Below are positions 43,801 to 52,767 of a stretch of 57,479 bases of DNA, one piece after another. Source of the DNA: an uncultured Myxococcota bacterium (lineage in GTDB: Bacteria > Myxococcota_A > UBA796). Within the stretch, counting starts at the first letter, position 1; each line of letters opens with the position of its first letter. The stretch covers positions 1 through 57,479 of the forward strand of contig CBFICN010000003.1 in the NCBI GenBank assembly GCA_965661045.1. Reading direction: 5' to 3'. The position numbers were made by a program, and so were the translations under genes. The notes under the pieces were generated by a model. It made no database searches, was not told where the DNA came from, and saw only the letters and a list, made by a program, of their open reading frames with translations.

Positions 43801-46391
43801 ATTACAATGCGCAGCAGTCCAGACGCAACGTGGTGGCGCCAAGTGCTGTTGTCGTTTCCAAGGGCCAATCTAAATAGGGCTTCTTTTAGGTGGGTGTCAT
43901 TCGTTAAGGAGTCGATGTGGTACCAGTGCAAGGCTCTGTTCAACATTTCTTCAACGCATTCCAAGATATTGTCGTCGTGGTGTTGTCGACAGAAGTCATA
44001 AAAGGCTGCATTGGCTGGGATTGTGGTGGTGCTGTCCAGATCCAATAGCAGTGTCCGATCGAGCAATTGTGTAGCGTCCGAGAACATGGATAGGCATTCA
44101 ATAAATCGGTTCCAAATGTTGGGGTGCGCGCAGTCCGATACGGTTGCGGAACTGTCCAATATTTGATCCATCATGTCGCTCATGGTTGGCGTAATGTCAA
44201 AGCCAAGCATGGATGCTCGAAACAAAGCGTGCAACTCTTCCAACACTGTTTCTTGTACTGCGCCTTCGAGCGTATTCAAGCGACTGAGTTCAAGCCGACC
44301 TTCACTCCACAATTCTGCAAATAAAATGCGATTGGGACTTTCAAACCCTTGAGACTCCACACTTTGGTCACTGGATTCATCTTCCAAATCCAAGACGAGT
44401 AAGGCGTCCCCAATCAAGACCTGTTGATTGACTTGACATAGAATCTCTTGTACTGTTCCCGCTTCCGAAGCAAAGACGCCCAGTTCCATCTTCATCGCTT
44501 CAAGTGTACACAAACGATCACCGACGTTGACGGTGTCCCCAGGCGAGACGGAAACACTGACGATGACAGCGGGTGTTGGGGAGCGCACGACACCACCCGA
44601 AGAACGTTCAATGGTGTGGCTGTATCCATCCAATTCAACTGTAATACCAGCACTTCCATAGGAGTAGAGGATTTTATGCCGCTGTTCTCCTACCCACATT
44701 TCAGCAATGTGTGGCGAGATGGTTTTCAACTGAACGCGGTGCAGTTGTTGAGACACTTCCACCACAAAATCATCCATGTCCCAGGCGGCAACCGTCATTG
44801 AGTATTCCATTCCACGGAGCTTCAATTCTACCTCAAATCCTTCGTTGCTGGGGAACTGAACGGGGATACCATCTTGACACTGTTGAAAGAAGCGATCCAT
44901 GTTGACGTGGGTATTTCGCTTGTATTCTAATATTGCTGCTGCGAGAAGTGCTTGCTTTTCTGCGCCGACTCGAACCACAGAACCGGCTGCCATGGCTCGG
45001 TCTAGCCAGTCTGTAGCCGCCGTTGCGTTGACGAATTCTTCGTGTCGCAAAATGTCCAACAGGAAGGCTTGATTGGTTGCGCCATCTTCTACTGCGGCGT
45101 CGAGTTCCAAACAGGCTCTGCGTGCACGGGCAATGCACAATTTTCGCGTCGGTGCCCAAATGATGATTTTGGCAATCATGGAGTCGAAGTGTTCTGAGAT
45201 CGTGGATCCTTCCGTGATACCGCTGTCTACTCGAACACCTGGTCCAGCGGGCGCTCTAAAGATGGCGACGCGTCCTGGAGCTGGACGAAAATCTTGCTCA
45301 GGATCTTCGGCATTGACGCGCAACTCAATGGCGTGTCCATGCACCAATTTGGTGGGGGGAGACCATGTCCAACCTAGGGCTATGGATATTTGAGCTTGTA
45401 CCAAATCGGCACCCGTAATCGCCTCTGTGATGGTGTGCTCCACTTGCAGCCGTGAGTTCACTTCCAAAAATGTGGTGGTTCCACTATTGGGCTCATATAG
45501 AAATTCTGCTGTGGCGACGCCCTTGTATCCACACAGTCTTGCCAATTTCTCCGATGAACGCATCAGCAGTTCACCGACTTCGCTGGGAAGGATTGGGGAA
45601 GGGGCTTCTTCAATCACTTTTTGATTGCGTCGCTGAATGGAGCAGTCTCGGATACCAACGGCGTGTGCAGATGTGTCTGTACATACCAGTTGCACTTCGA
45701 TGTGTCTCGCTTGAGATACACATCGCTCCAGCAGAATTCCCCCTTGACCAAAGAATTTCTCGACTTCGCTGTGCACCGTTTGGACGGTTTCTGCCAACTG
45801 TTCTGGGGCGTTCACTTTGCGAATACCGCGACCACCACCACCTGCTGAGGCTTTGACCATCAGTGGATAGCCAATTCGATTTCCATGCTCAATGAGTTCC
45901 GCATCATTCCAATCGCTTTTGTATTCAGCCCAAGGAGCCAACGGAACCCCAGCTTTCTCCGCCATGTATTTTGCCGCGATTTTGTCTCCCAATTGACTCA
46001 TCGCCTTGGAGGATGGACCCAAGAATACAATATTGTTGGATTCAAGTTTTTCGACGAACAAGGGGTCTTCAGATACAAATCCCCATCCTGGCCAAACTGC
46101 ATCACAGTGATTGGCTTTGAGCAACGCCACAATCCAAGCGTGGTCTAAGTACGCATTGACAGTTTTTCCAGTGGGCAATGTACGCATGATACCACCGATG
46201 CAAATAGCTTCGTCGGCTTGGCGAACGAACGGCATGTGTTCATCTGGCTCTGTATAGAACGCCACCCCTTTGATCGAGGTTCCATGGATTAAGTTGAATT
46301 CCTCGAGGGCTCGAAGAAATCGAACCGCGGGCTCTCCACGATTGATGATGGCAACTTTGGAAAATAACTGTGTCTGCATTGGACTCCCCAT
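40857..46391 (-). CDS. Single-chain multidomain biotin-dependent carboxylase, eukaryote-type acetyl-CoA carboxylase architecture (BC - BCCP - central region - CT)
   Basis: 1844 aa. Biotin carboxylase (VAIINRGEPAVRF, MVKASAGGGGRGIRKV, EEAPSP, EVNSRLQVEHT), TDWLD linker, biotinylation motif CTLEAMKMEL (Lys codon 44490..44492). Roughly 480-aa middle region. Carboxyltransferase (VVVGIINNTTSKFPQG, GARIG-like region, LANLSGFDGSPESL, GRYHGGAYVVF). Confidence 0.9.
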   Translation of the reverse strand: MGSPMQTQLFSKVAIINRGEPAVRFLRALEEFNLIHGTSIKGVAFYTEPDEHMPFVRQADEAICIGGIMRTLPTGKTVNAYLDHAWIVALLKANHCDAVWPGWGFVSEDPLFVEKLESNNIVFLGPSSKAMSQLGDKIAAKYMAEKAGVPLAPWAEYKSDWNDAELIEHGNRIGYPLMVKASAGGGGRGIRKVNAPEQLAETVQTVHSEVEKFFGQGGILLERCVSQARHIEVQLVCTDTSAHAVGIRDCSIQRRNQKVIEEAPSPILPSEVGELLMRSSEKLARLCGYKGVATAEFLYEPNSGTTTFLEVNSRLQVEHTITEAITGADLVQAQISIALGWTWSPPTKLVHGHAIELRVNAEDPEQDFRPAPGRVAIFRAPAGPGVRVDSGITEGSTISEHFDSMIAKIIIWAPTRKLCIARARRACLELDAAVEDGATNQAFLLDILRHEEFVNATAATDWLDRAMAAGSVVRVGAEKQALLAAAILEYKRNTHVNMDRFFQQCQDGIPVQFPSNEGFEVELKLRGMEYSMTVAAWDMDDFVVEVSQQLHRVQLKTISPHIAEMWVGEQRHKILYSYGSAGITVELDGYSHTIERSSGGVVRSPTPAVIVSVSVSPGDTVNVGDRLCTLEAMKMELGVFASEAGTVQEILCQVNQQVLIGDALLVLDLEDESSDQSVESQGFESPNRILFAELWSEGRLELSRLNTLEGAVQETVLEELHALFRASMLGFDITPTMSDMMDQILDSSATVSDCAHPNIWNRFIECLSMFSDATQLLDRTLLLDLDSTTTIPANAAFYDFCRQHHDDNILECVEEMLNRALHWYHIDSLTNDTHLKEALFRLALGNDNSTWRHHVASGLLRIVIRLHQTNWTPPAELEDILEKTGQAAHTDHPYVQDNAIHAHHLFFAHGENRRQMEALTAAVQEMFSSMESYDADSKVVRTVMRKLGRSPQALQQTLYQMQSGAQPHRIIEALTRRFYIGETYTWTNDAEVEGHALVEGKINQSDRILSILFKPDTTKDNILQILQLMINPATYLEFVLPQGLDESWLEQAPILLTTLPIQPKRITLTWMNNELAHHRTFVYQKGQWRFQTLLNDIHPQVASRLKLERLKEFKLSRIYSQEHIYAFLGQAHSNAKDERIFVLAEVFGSSTEGAAFPLRHFERVFFEAIRAIRSTQSQRTKRSRLQWNWLYFHIHPQLDTNEAELQLFAKQLEPYTRGLNLREVQLHLRTRASRFQWSTIQLRRSGNNQLEFNWLDNHLAIPPMSTYDMKAVRAQKFGHVYPYEIIRMLEGSPTALNIPHPDMRNGRFQEYDFNSSGQFVPVLRPFGQNNCGVVVGIINNTTSKFPQGMQRIWIGSDSTKAMGSLAEKECSRIMAALDLALELSIPVEWVPVSAGAMISMNSGTENLDWTARVLERIIQFTQSGGVIHVIVHGINVGAQSYWNAEATMLMHTKGVLIMTTQAAMVLTGKKALDFSGGVSAEDERGIGGVERIMGPNGQSQYRVADLGEAYALLFEIYRHTFCDPQTGRSPKQLTNDSPNRNVCLHPYTDENHPYFKRIGDIFSKEHNPERKKPFAIRQVMQALIDQDSQYLERFAQLHQGESAIVWSAHIGGISSTVIGIESQPILRRGRVPLDGPDTWTGGTLFPQSSKKIARAINAASGQTPIVVLANLSGFDGSPESLRRLQLEYGAEIGRAVVNCASPIVFVVIGRYHGGAYVVFSKALNPNITAIAVEGSFASVIGGAPAAAVVFPRKVKALVNEDERLIELDKRIQEARNAEKPFLLEERNKMLTTLTLEKRGIIATEFDNIHSVQRAIDVGSLDAIIEAKQLRPAIIEALERAQEDQ

Positions 46392-46505
46392 GGTGAACTC
46401 ACTTCCATATATTGCATTTGATCGGTCAATTCAATTGCCATAAGGCGTGTCGAGCATTCAAAATAACGATACAAGAGGTACGGTATTTTCTGTGAGGGAG
46501 GAGAG

Positions 46506-47570
46506 ATGGCAGACAAGACAATAGCGGTATTGACCTCAGGTGGTGATGCTCCAGGTATGAATGCAGCTCTGGTCGCCGTTGTGAAGACCGCTTCGGCAGC
46601 GGGATGGTCCGTCTTGGGGGTTGAAGATGGCTATGATGGTTTGATGGACGGGCGATTTCAACCATTGAACCCAATGATGGTGGATGATTATGGGCGTGAA
46701 GGCGGAACCTTTTTGCGATCGGCACGTTCTGAAAAGTTTCGCACCGTTGAGGGACGGACGCAGGCTGCAGCCAGGCTTCTCGCTGCGGAGTGTTCTGTAT
46801 TGATTGTGATTGGTGGGAATGGCTCTTTGACAGGTGCACAAGTCTTTGGAGAAGAAAGTGGAATTCGCGTTGTGGGAATTCCAGCCAGTATTGACAATGA
46901 CATCGCCTGTACATCCCTTTGTATTGGTGTGGACACAGCCGTAAATTCAATCGTAGAAGCCTGTGATAAGATTTCTGATACGGCACGGTCTCACAGAAGG
47001 GCTTTCATCGTTGAGGTAATGGGGCGCGAATGTGGGTATTTGGCGATGGCATCAGCGATTGCTGCTTCTGCAGATGCCGTACTGTTTAAGGAGCAGGGCA
47101 AAGATGAAGAACAACTGGTTCAGGAACTCAAAGCGGTCATTCGCCATGCCTACTCAGAGGTTCGAAACAAACGTCGAGTGTTGATCATCAAAGCCGAGGG
47201 TGTGGATGTGTCTACTGCCTCGTTGGCGAAGCATTTGGAAACTACGATGCAAACAGAAACCAACGGTGCGACTTTGCGGTATACCATTTTGGGACATGTC
47301 GTTCGAGGCGGGAGACCGTCTGCTTTAGACCGCATCATTGGTTCGAGATTGGGATTTGTTGCTGCTCAACTTGCAATGGAGGGGCACACACAAATTATGG
47401 TTGGCTGGCGTCCCTATGAAGAAGGAAGTGTGACAGCCGATCCTCGAGTGTGTTATTTTGCTTTGTCAACTGTGCTCTCAGAGACCAAGCGATTGCTCGA
47501 TGGGTCCCATCCAACGACAAGACAACGACTGGAGATGTTGGCAAAAGTTCAAAATATCCTCCTATTGTAG
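46506..47570 (+). CDS. pfkA: ATP-dependent 6-phosphofructokinase
   Basis: 354 aa. VLTSGGDAPGMNAA, IGGNGS, PASIDNDI, VEVMGRECGYLA, LGHVVRGG. GGGAGGAGAG RBS. Confidence 0.9.
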   Translation: MADKTIAVLTSGGDAPGMNAALVAVVKTASAAGWSVLGVEDGYDGLMDGRFQPLNPMMVDDYGREGGTFLRSARSEKFRTVEGRTQAAARLLAAECSVLIVIGGNGSLTGAQVFGEESGIRVVGIPASIDNDIACTSLCIGVDTAVNSIVEACDKISDTARSHRRAFIVEVMGRECGYLAMASAIAASADAVLFKEQGKDEEQLVQELKAVIRHAYSEVRNKRRVLIIKAEGVDVSTASLAKHLETTMQTETNGATLRYTILGHVVRGGRPSALDRIIGSRLGFVAAQLAMEGHTQIMVGWRPYEEGSVTADPRVCYFALSTVLSETKRLLDGSHPTTRQRLEMLAKVQNILLL

Positions 47571-47594
47571 GAGCTTCTTCATTCACGAGGTTTT

Positions 47595-49469
47595 ATGAGT
47601 GGGTCCAATGAGTATCGCGAGCTGACATTTGAAGCCGTTTTCTTAGGGATTGTACAAGGGGTTGTACTGAACATTGCATTTGTGTATGCAGCCCTAACGT
47701 TGGGGTTCTCGATTGGTGGTTCGACTGTGGCGGCAATCATCGGGTATGGATTGTTGAGGGGGGTTCTTAAAAAAGGCACCATCGTCGAAAACAACATCAA
47801 CCAAACGATTGCGTCTGGAATCAATACCGCTGGGACAGGGGTGGTGTTTACCTTACCAGCATTGTTTATGTTGGACGCCAAAATGCGTACCGATACAGGC
47901 GTTGGAATTCTCGCAGAAGAAGGCAACTGGTTGCAACTTCTATCGGGGATCACGCTGGGTGGGATTGCCGGTTCGATCTTGGGGGTGGTCCTGATCATTC
48001 CGTTGCGAAAACAGATGATTGCGCTGGACCGTTTGCGTTTTCCTTCTGGGGTTGCCGTCGCGGAAATTTTGTCGACTGGGGGTACGAGCCTCAATAAATT
48101 TCGATTGCTGTTGATTGGGGTCGCTGTTTCGGGTGTGTGGAAAATGATTCTTGCGACAGGCATCATCAACCGGCCCGGTATTTTGATGAACGAAGAATTG
48201 AATATCTCCTTTGGAGTGATTCCAGATTATTTTGCACCCGTGCTCTATTTGTCGCTGATGAACGTTGCCGCCGGTCTCTTGTCAGGAAAGGGTGGGGTGC
48301 CGTTCTTCGTTGGTGGCGTGTTGGCGTGGTGGATCATCTCACCGGTTGCGGTGCAACTTGGGTGGATTCAACCGGAGGCACTGTATCAACTGGCTGAGTT
48401 CAGAGAGGGGTCGATTGAGAATGGTACAGAGGTATTTTCGTTGCTCCATGGCGATATGATTCGTCCGTTGGGGATTGGCGTCTTGATTGGTGGCGCTGTC
48501 ATGAGTGTATTTGCGACGTTTCCCGCTATACGCAGTGCCTTTTCTTCTTTGGCGTCGGCCGCTCGATCAAACGCCATAGGCAAGTCGACGGTCGTGGGCA
48601 GTGATGAACTCTCCTTAAACGTTGTTATTGGTGGAACAGTGTTGGCTGTGCTCTTATTTTTCTGTGCGGCCTACATGACACCGGGCGTCAACTTTAGTCA
48701 GGCGGTACTGTCGGCAACTGTGGGGACCATTTGGCTGGGGATTGCCGGTTTGATTGTGGCACAGGCGACAGGGATGACCGACATCTCTCCCATGAGCGGG
48801 ATGGCTCTGATTTCCGTGACTTTGATGATGTTTCTGCTGAACAACAACGTGGCGGCCGCGATGGTCGTGGGGGTTGCGGTTTGTGTAGCCATCGGTCAAG
48901 GTGCCGATATGATGCAAGATTTGAAAACGGGTTTCTTGGTTGGTGCACGTCCCATTAAACAGCAGATCATCCAGTTTTGTGTGACGTGGATCGGTTCAGT
49001 GGTTGCCATTGCAGTGGTCTATTTGATTTGGTCGAGTGGTCCGAACGGTGCCAATGGGTTTGGTCCAGGAACGGCTTTCCCTGCGCCGCAAGCAGGCGCA
49101 TTGATGGGCATCGTAGACGGTGTCATCAATGGCAATATTCCTGTGGACAAGTACTTTCTAGGTGGCACAATCGGTGTCTTGCTGGGGGCAGCCCCAGCCA
49201 GTGGGTTGGGTGTTTTGGTCGGTTTGGCAATGTACTTACCCTTTTCTATCACCCTCGGATATGGCGTGGGTTGTTTTATCAACATGTTCTACGTTCGCAA
49301 ACATGGAGACAGTGGGTACAACAATACACTTGTGCCCTTGGCCGCTGGACTCATCGTTGGGGAGGCATTGATGGGAGTCGGGTATACCATCTATCAGATT
49401 GCAACTGACTCTGTGGGCGAAGAGGGAACTGCCGCGCTCATAGACTTCGTTGGAGGGTTCTATGGTTAA
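47595..49469 (+). CDS. OPT-family oligopeptide transporter
   Basis: 624 aa, about 16 TM. N-terminal ELTFEAVFLGIVQGVVLNIAFVYAALTLGFSIGGSTVAAIIGYG and QDLKTGFLVGARP are typical of bacterial OPT proteins. Confidence 0.8.
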   Translation: MSGSNEYRELTFEAVFLGIVQGVVLNIAFVYAALTLGFSIGGSTVAAIIGYGLLRGVLKKGTIVENNINQTIASGINTAGTGVVFTLPALFMLDAKMRTDTGVGILAEEGNWLQLLSGITLGGIAGSILGVVLIIPLRKQMIALDRLRFPSGVAVAEILSTGGTSLNKFRLLLIGVAVSGVWKMILATGIINRPGILMNEELNISFGVIPDYFAPVLYLSLMNVAAGLLSGKGGVPFFVGGVLAWWIISPVAVQLGWIQPEALYQLAEFREGSIENGTEVFSLLHGDMIRPLGIGVLIGGAVMSVFATFPAIRSAFSSLASAARSNAIGKSTVVGSDELSLNVVIGGTVLAVLLFFCAAYMTPGVNFSQAVLSATVGTIWLGIAGLIVAQATGMTDISPMSGMALISVTLMMFLLNNNVAAAMVVGVAVCVAIGQGADMMQDLKTGFLVGARPIKQQIIQFCVTWIGSVVAIAVVYLIWSSGPNGANGFGPGTAFPAPQAGALMGIVDGVINGNIPVDKYFLGGTIGVLLGAAPASGLGVLVGLAMYLPFSITLGYGVGCFINMFYVRKHGDSGYNNTLVPLAAGLIVGEALMGVGYTIYQIATDSVGEEGTAALIDFVGGFYG

Positions 49470-50031
49470 TCAACGATGGGCTGGAATCATTTTGTACTCC
49501 TTGGGAATCTGCATCGCAGCGATTGGCGCATCTAAGCTGCCAGAAGTTGGCCAATCTTGGTCTGACACGCTGTATTGGTTCAATGATGGTGTCATGTTGA
49601 CAATTTTGGGACTTTGGATTTGGCGACAAGGCACCGAAGAAGAAGAAAGTACAGAAACAGAAAAGAAGCGTACACCGGTGCAACTCATTCAAGATATTCA
49701 GCCAATTTTGAACGATCTGTATCGAAATGTAGACGATTTAGAGTGCTACCAGATCCAAGAGTATGTCAAAATTCTCCAAGAGCAGTATCTGATGCCTCTT
49801 GAATCGGTGCGTGGAAAAATTGTCACCCAATTTGGCTTGGAAAAATCTGGAGAACTGTTGATCGCCATTTCCTATGGGGAACGTGTGATCAATCGGATTT
49901 ATTCTGCCTCTTTGGATGGTCACCACGATGAAGCCCTTGAATGCACCGAAGAAGCCCACGCTGCCTTTGAGCAAGTTTTGACAATTGCACGCCGATTGTG
50001 GACAACGGAGTCTTTAGTAGACAAAAAATAA
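49462..50031 (+). CDS. Small membrane-anchored protein of unknown function
   Basis: ATG 49462 after GGAGGG, overlapping the OPT stop by 8 nt. Two TM segments, then a helical soluble domain. Confidence 0.5.
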   Translation: MVNQRWAGIILYSLGICIAAIGASKLPEVGQSWSDTLYWFNDGVMLTILGLWIWRQGTEEEESTETEKKRTPVQLIQDIQPILNDLYRNVDDLECYQIQEYVKILQEQYLMPLESVRGKIVTQFGLEKSGELLIAISYGERVINRIYSASLDGHHDEALECTEEAHAAFEQVLTIARRLWTTESLVDKK

Positions 50032-50164
50032 CGCTTGTGATTTGCCCGGCTAAGGGTTTGCCCTATTTATTAATTGTGCATTGAGGCACTGCGCGTTGGT
50101 TTCTCCCCCAATAACACATTTCGATTTCGGAGTGTATGAAGTCAGCCGCAAAGCTTGGGTGGGT

Positions 50165-51541
50165 TTATTCTCCTTTACCACCCAAGTTTTTTTTTGCCTG
50201 GTTTCGATGGAGCCGTTGTTTGGTGTACTCATATTGATAGAGTGAACCATTCTCATTTCGCCAAAAGGAATCCCCACCTTGACTGCGCCTTTGACTCGTA
50301 AAAACCAGTGAACCTGTTGAGTCCCACGCACCCTTTGCATTGATGAAATAGGGTGTATTCTCTAGATGGGTCATATGGGAAAAGGACTCGGAGGTTTCGA
50401 GCCTCACTGGTTGGGTGAGCACAGAGCCTTGTAGACTGTGTGCATGAATTGAATAGGTCCATTGCTTTGGAGAATCTGATTTGGTCTCCAGGGATTTCTT
50501 GGTCAGTGCAGAAAGGAAAAGCCCGTTCGCATCAGAGACAGCAAACTGCAGGTTTTCAATGGTTGTGTCTTTGGAGGTTTGAAGGATGCGGGTGCTTTTG
50601 GGTGGCAGGCTGTCCACCTGTGGGTTGCCAGTTTCGGTTACGGAGAGTAGCCAAGCTTCACGGTCGGTCGACAGGGCAATGAGTGGCGTACCGGCTTGAC
50701 TGATACCGGTTGTGTATTGTGTGGGTTTCGACCCTGTATAGAGTTTTCGAAAAGAGACGGCTCCCTGTGGCGTGGCCCTCAACAGGTAGAGTGTGCCGAC
50801 GTCTTTTCCAGCAATCCAAAGTGGCAGTAGAAATCGTCCGTTGGCGTCGGTGATGGCTTGGCCAATCAGATGGACTGTATTGGCGGGCCAAGGAATGGCG
50901 GCTTGCAGTGGGGGTTCCAGTCTGTCTCTCGCTGCAGGCACAATCGTCAAGGATTGTCCTTGCAACCAATACAGGTGGTGATGCAGTCCAAGGTGGGCAC
51001 TGGTGCCAAACTGTGCATCGTTCCCAATGCTGGCGATGTAGTGTGGGAGTTCGAATCCTTTGAACAGGTGGTGTTCAGGCGTTGTCCAAAGTATGGTGTC
51101 TAAGGGGGTGAACAGAGCGTTTTCCAGTCCAACTGCATCAACGCCATCAAAGGTCTTAGGGTGAACGATGATGGTTTGCTCAAATGGCACTTCGTTCAAG
51201 GGGGTTTGGATTGCAAATTGTATCGTTCCGGTAGTCCAAGCAGCGGAATTGGGTACTTCAAATCGAAACTCTTTGAGTCCTCTGGATGCGATCGAGACAG
51301 TTGCTGGTGAGGCATCGTCTGGCTTGCTTGAGTGAATATGTTGTGTCCCAGTCGATGTTTGAATTTGAAACTCTACTTGCCATCGTTGCTTGCCAATATC
51401 GGGAACTTTTTCGGTTTGCGGACCGTCATTGAACAGTTGAAGGTCTATGTAGAACTTTTCGCCCGCAATGTGGTGGGTGGGCACAGAGTGGGTGATGACA
51501 ACATCGGCGTGTGCCATTGTCGAGAGAATTAGGGGGAGCAT
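50165..51541 (-). CDS. Hypothetical secreted protein (beta-rich)
   Basis: I prefer ATG 51541 (AAGGAAAA RBS; signal MLPLILSTMAHA). Overlaps the cca stop by 13 nt. Lys-rich C-terminus. Confidence 0.5.
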   Translation of the reverse strand: MLPLILSTMAHADVVITHSVPTHHIAGEKFYIDLQLFNDGPQTEKVPDIGKQRWQVEFQIQTSTGTQHIHSSKPDDASPATVSIASRGLKEFRFEVPNSAAWTTGTIQFAIQTPLNEVPFEQTIIVHPKTFDGVDAVGLENALFTPLDTILWTTPEHHLFKGFELPHYIASIGNDAQFGTSAHLGLHHHLYWLQGQSLTIVPAARDRLEPPLQAAIPWPANTVHLIGQAITDANGRFLLPLWIAGKDVGTLYLLRATPQGAVSFRKLYTGSKPTQYTTGISQAGTPLIALSTDREAWLLSVTETGNPQVDSLPPKSTRILQTSKDTTIENLQFAVSDANGLFLSALTKKSLETKSDSPKQWTYSIHAHSLQGSVLTQPVRLETSESFSHMTHLENTPYFINAKGAWDSTGSLVFTSQRRSQGGDSFWRNENGSLYQYEYTKQRLHRNQAKKNLGGKGE

Positions 51542-52767
51542 ATATTTTCCTTGACCCAAGCAAGGGCACTTTCTTTGCTGTGTAATCTTTCGTGTAATTG
51601 TTCGGTTCGCACTTTGTCTATCCAAACACCAATGTCCGGACCTTTCAATCCAAGTGCAATCAAGTCTTTTCCAGAAATCAAACGTGGCAGTGGGGTGGTC
51701 AGTCCTCGGCTCAAAGCACTTTGTCTATTTTGTGCAGCGATTTCACCTTCAGTCCCTTCGACGATGGAGGCTACATCACACAGGAATTGGATGTCAAAAA
51801 TATCACTGCAGATATTTTGGGTGATGGTGCTGTGATCGGAGGTGAGCAAAGGGGTGGCAAGGTTGGTTCCCAGAATGGCCTCTTTGACTGGAAAGCCCAT
51901 GAAGCGTTCGATGCTCAGCGCGTCCAACAAAGCGAGTGTTTCGTCTTTTGAAAGAGGATGGGTCAACAGCGCTAAAAACAGTCCCATGCTGCGTCCAGGG
52001 TTGTTGGGGGCTCGAAGTCTGGCGCCCCGTCTGCAAGATTCAACGATGCACTCTTTATCTGCTTTGCTTAGCGAAGCGTATTGTGGAAAATAGTTGGGCA
52101 TTGCGTTGAGTTCAAACAGCCATTCAACTGCCACATGTGGTTCTGGACTTTTCATCCAAGCTTTTTGCAATTCAACCCACACGCGCTCTTTGGGAAGGCG
52201 TACAAAGTCTGGGTGTTGGACCAATGTATGACACAAGGTTTGGAGACTTGCATCCACAGTGCACGAAAGTCGACCGGCAAATTGACAGACTCGAAACACC
52301 CGCAACAAGTCTTGGGCAAAATATTTCACGTCTGTGGCCCGCAACACCTTGTTTTCTAAGTCGGTCAACCCATTGAAGGGGTCGACGAGTTGTTGCGTCT
52401 CTATGTGAATCAACATTGAATTGATGGTGAGGTCTCTTCTTCGACAGGCTTCCTCCACTCCCACAAAGGGCGTCGGTTCATCGAGCAGTTTTGGAAGTGC
52501 AACATCGACTTCGAGTTCATCACCGTGTTGAGGCAAGAGTTTCCACACCCCAAAACTTTTTCCGACCTTTCGAAAGGGGGGGAACCGATAGAGAATGTCT
52601 ACAAGTTGCTCCGTCGTCAACCCGTGGACTTCTACGTCAATGTCCTTGGAGTCAATTCCCAGTAGGTGGTCTCGAACACTTCCACCTGTCACATACACAT
52701 CTCCGCCGGCTTTGCTGACGGCCTTGGAGAAGTGCAGAACTTTGTCTGGCAGAGAAATTTCTGTCAT
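51529..52767 (-). CDS. cca: CCA-adding enzyme (tRNA nucleotidyltransferase, class II)
   Basis: 412 aa. VYVTGGSVRDHLLGIDSKDIDVEV, RRDLTINSM, C-terminal HD-like region. Confidence 0.85.
   Translation of the reverse strand: MTEISLPDKVLHFSKAVSKAGGDVYVTGGSVRDHLLGIDSKDIDVEVHGLTTEQLVDILYRFPPFRKVGKSFGVWKLLPQHGDELEVDVALPKLLDEPTPFVGVEEACRRRDLTINSMLIHIETQQLVDPFNGLTDLENKVLRATDVKYFAQDLLRVFRVCQFAGRLSCTVDASLQTLCHTLVQHPDFVRLPKERVWVELQKAWMKSPEPHVAVEWLFELNAMPNYFPQYASLSKADKECIVESCRRGARLRAPNNPGRSMGLFLALLTHPLSKDETLALLDALSIERFMGFPVKEAILGTNLATPLLTSDHSTITQNICSDIFDIQFLCDVASIVEGTEGEIAAQNRQSALSRGLTTPLPRLISGKDLIALGLKGPDIGVWIDKVRTEQLHERLHSKESALAWVKENICSP

Noticed and set aside
50032-50164. 133-nt convergent intergenic region examined for a tRNA or small RNA (contains TTTGCCC twice and a GGG-TTTG-CCC mini-hairpin)
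   Set aside because: I could fold no cloverleaf, acceptor stem or T-loop (GTTCRANYC-like) motif. The hairpin is only 3 bp.
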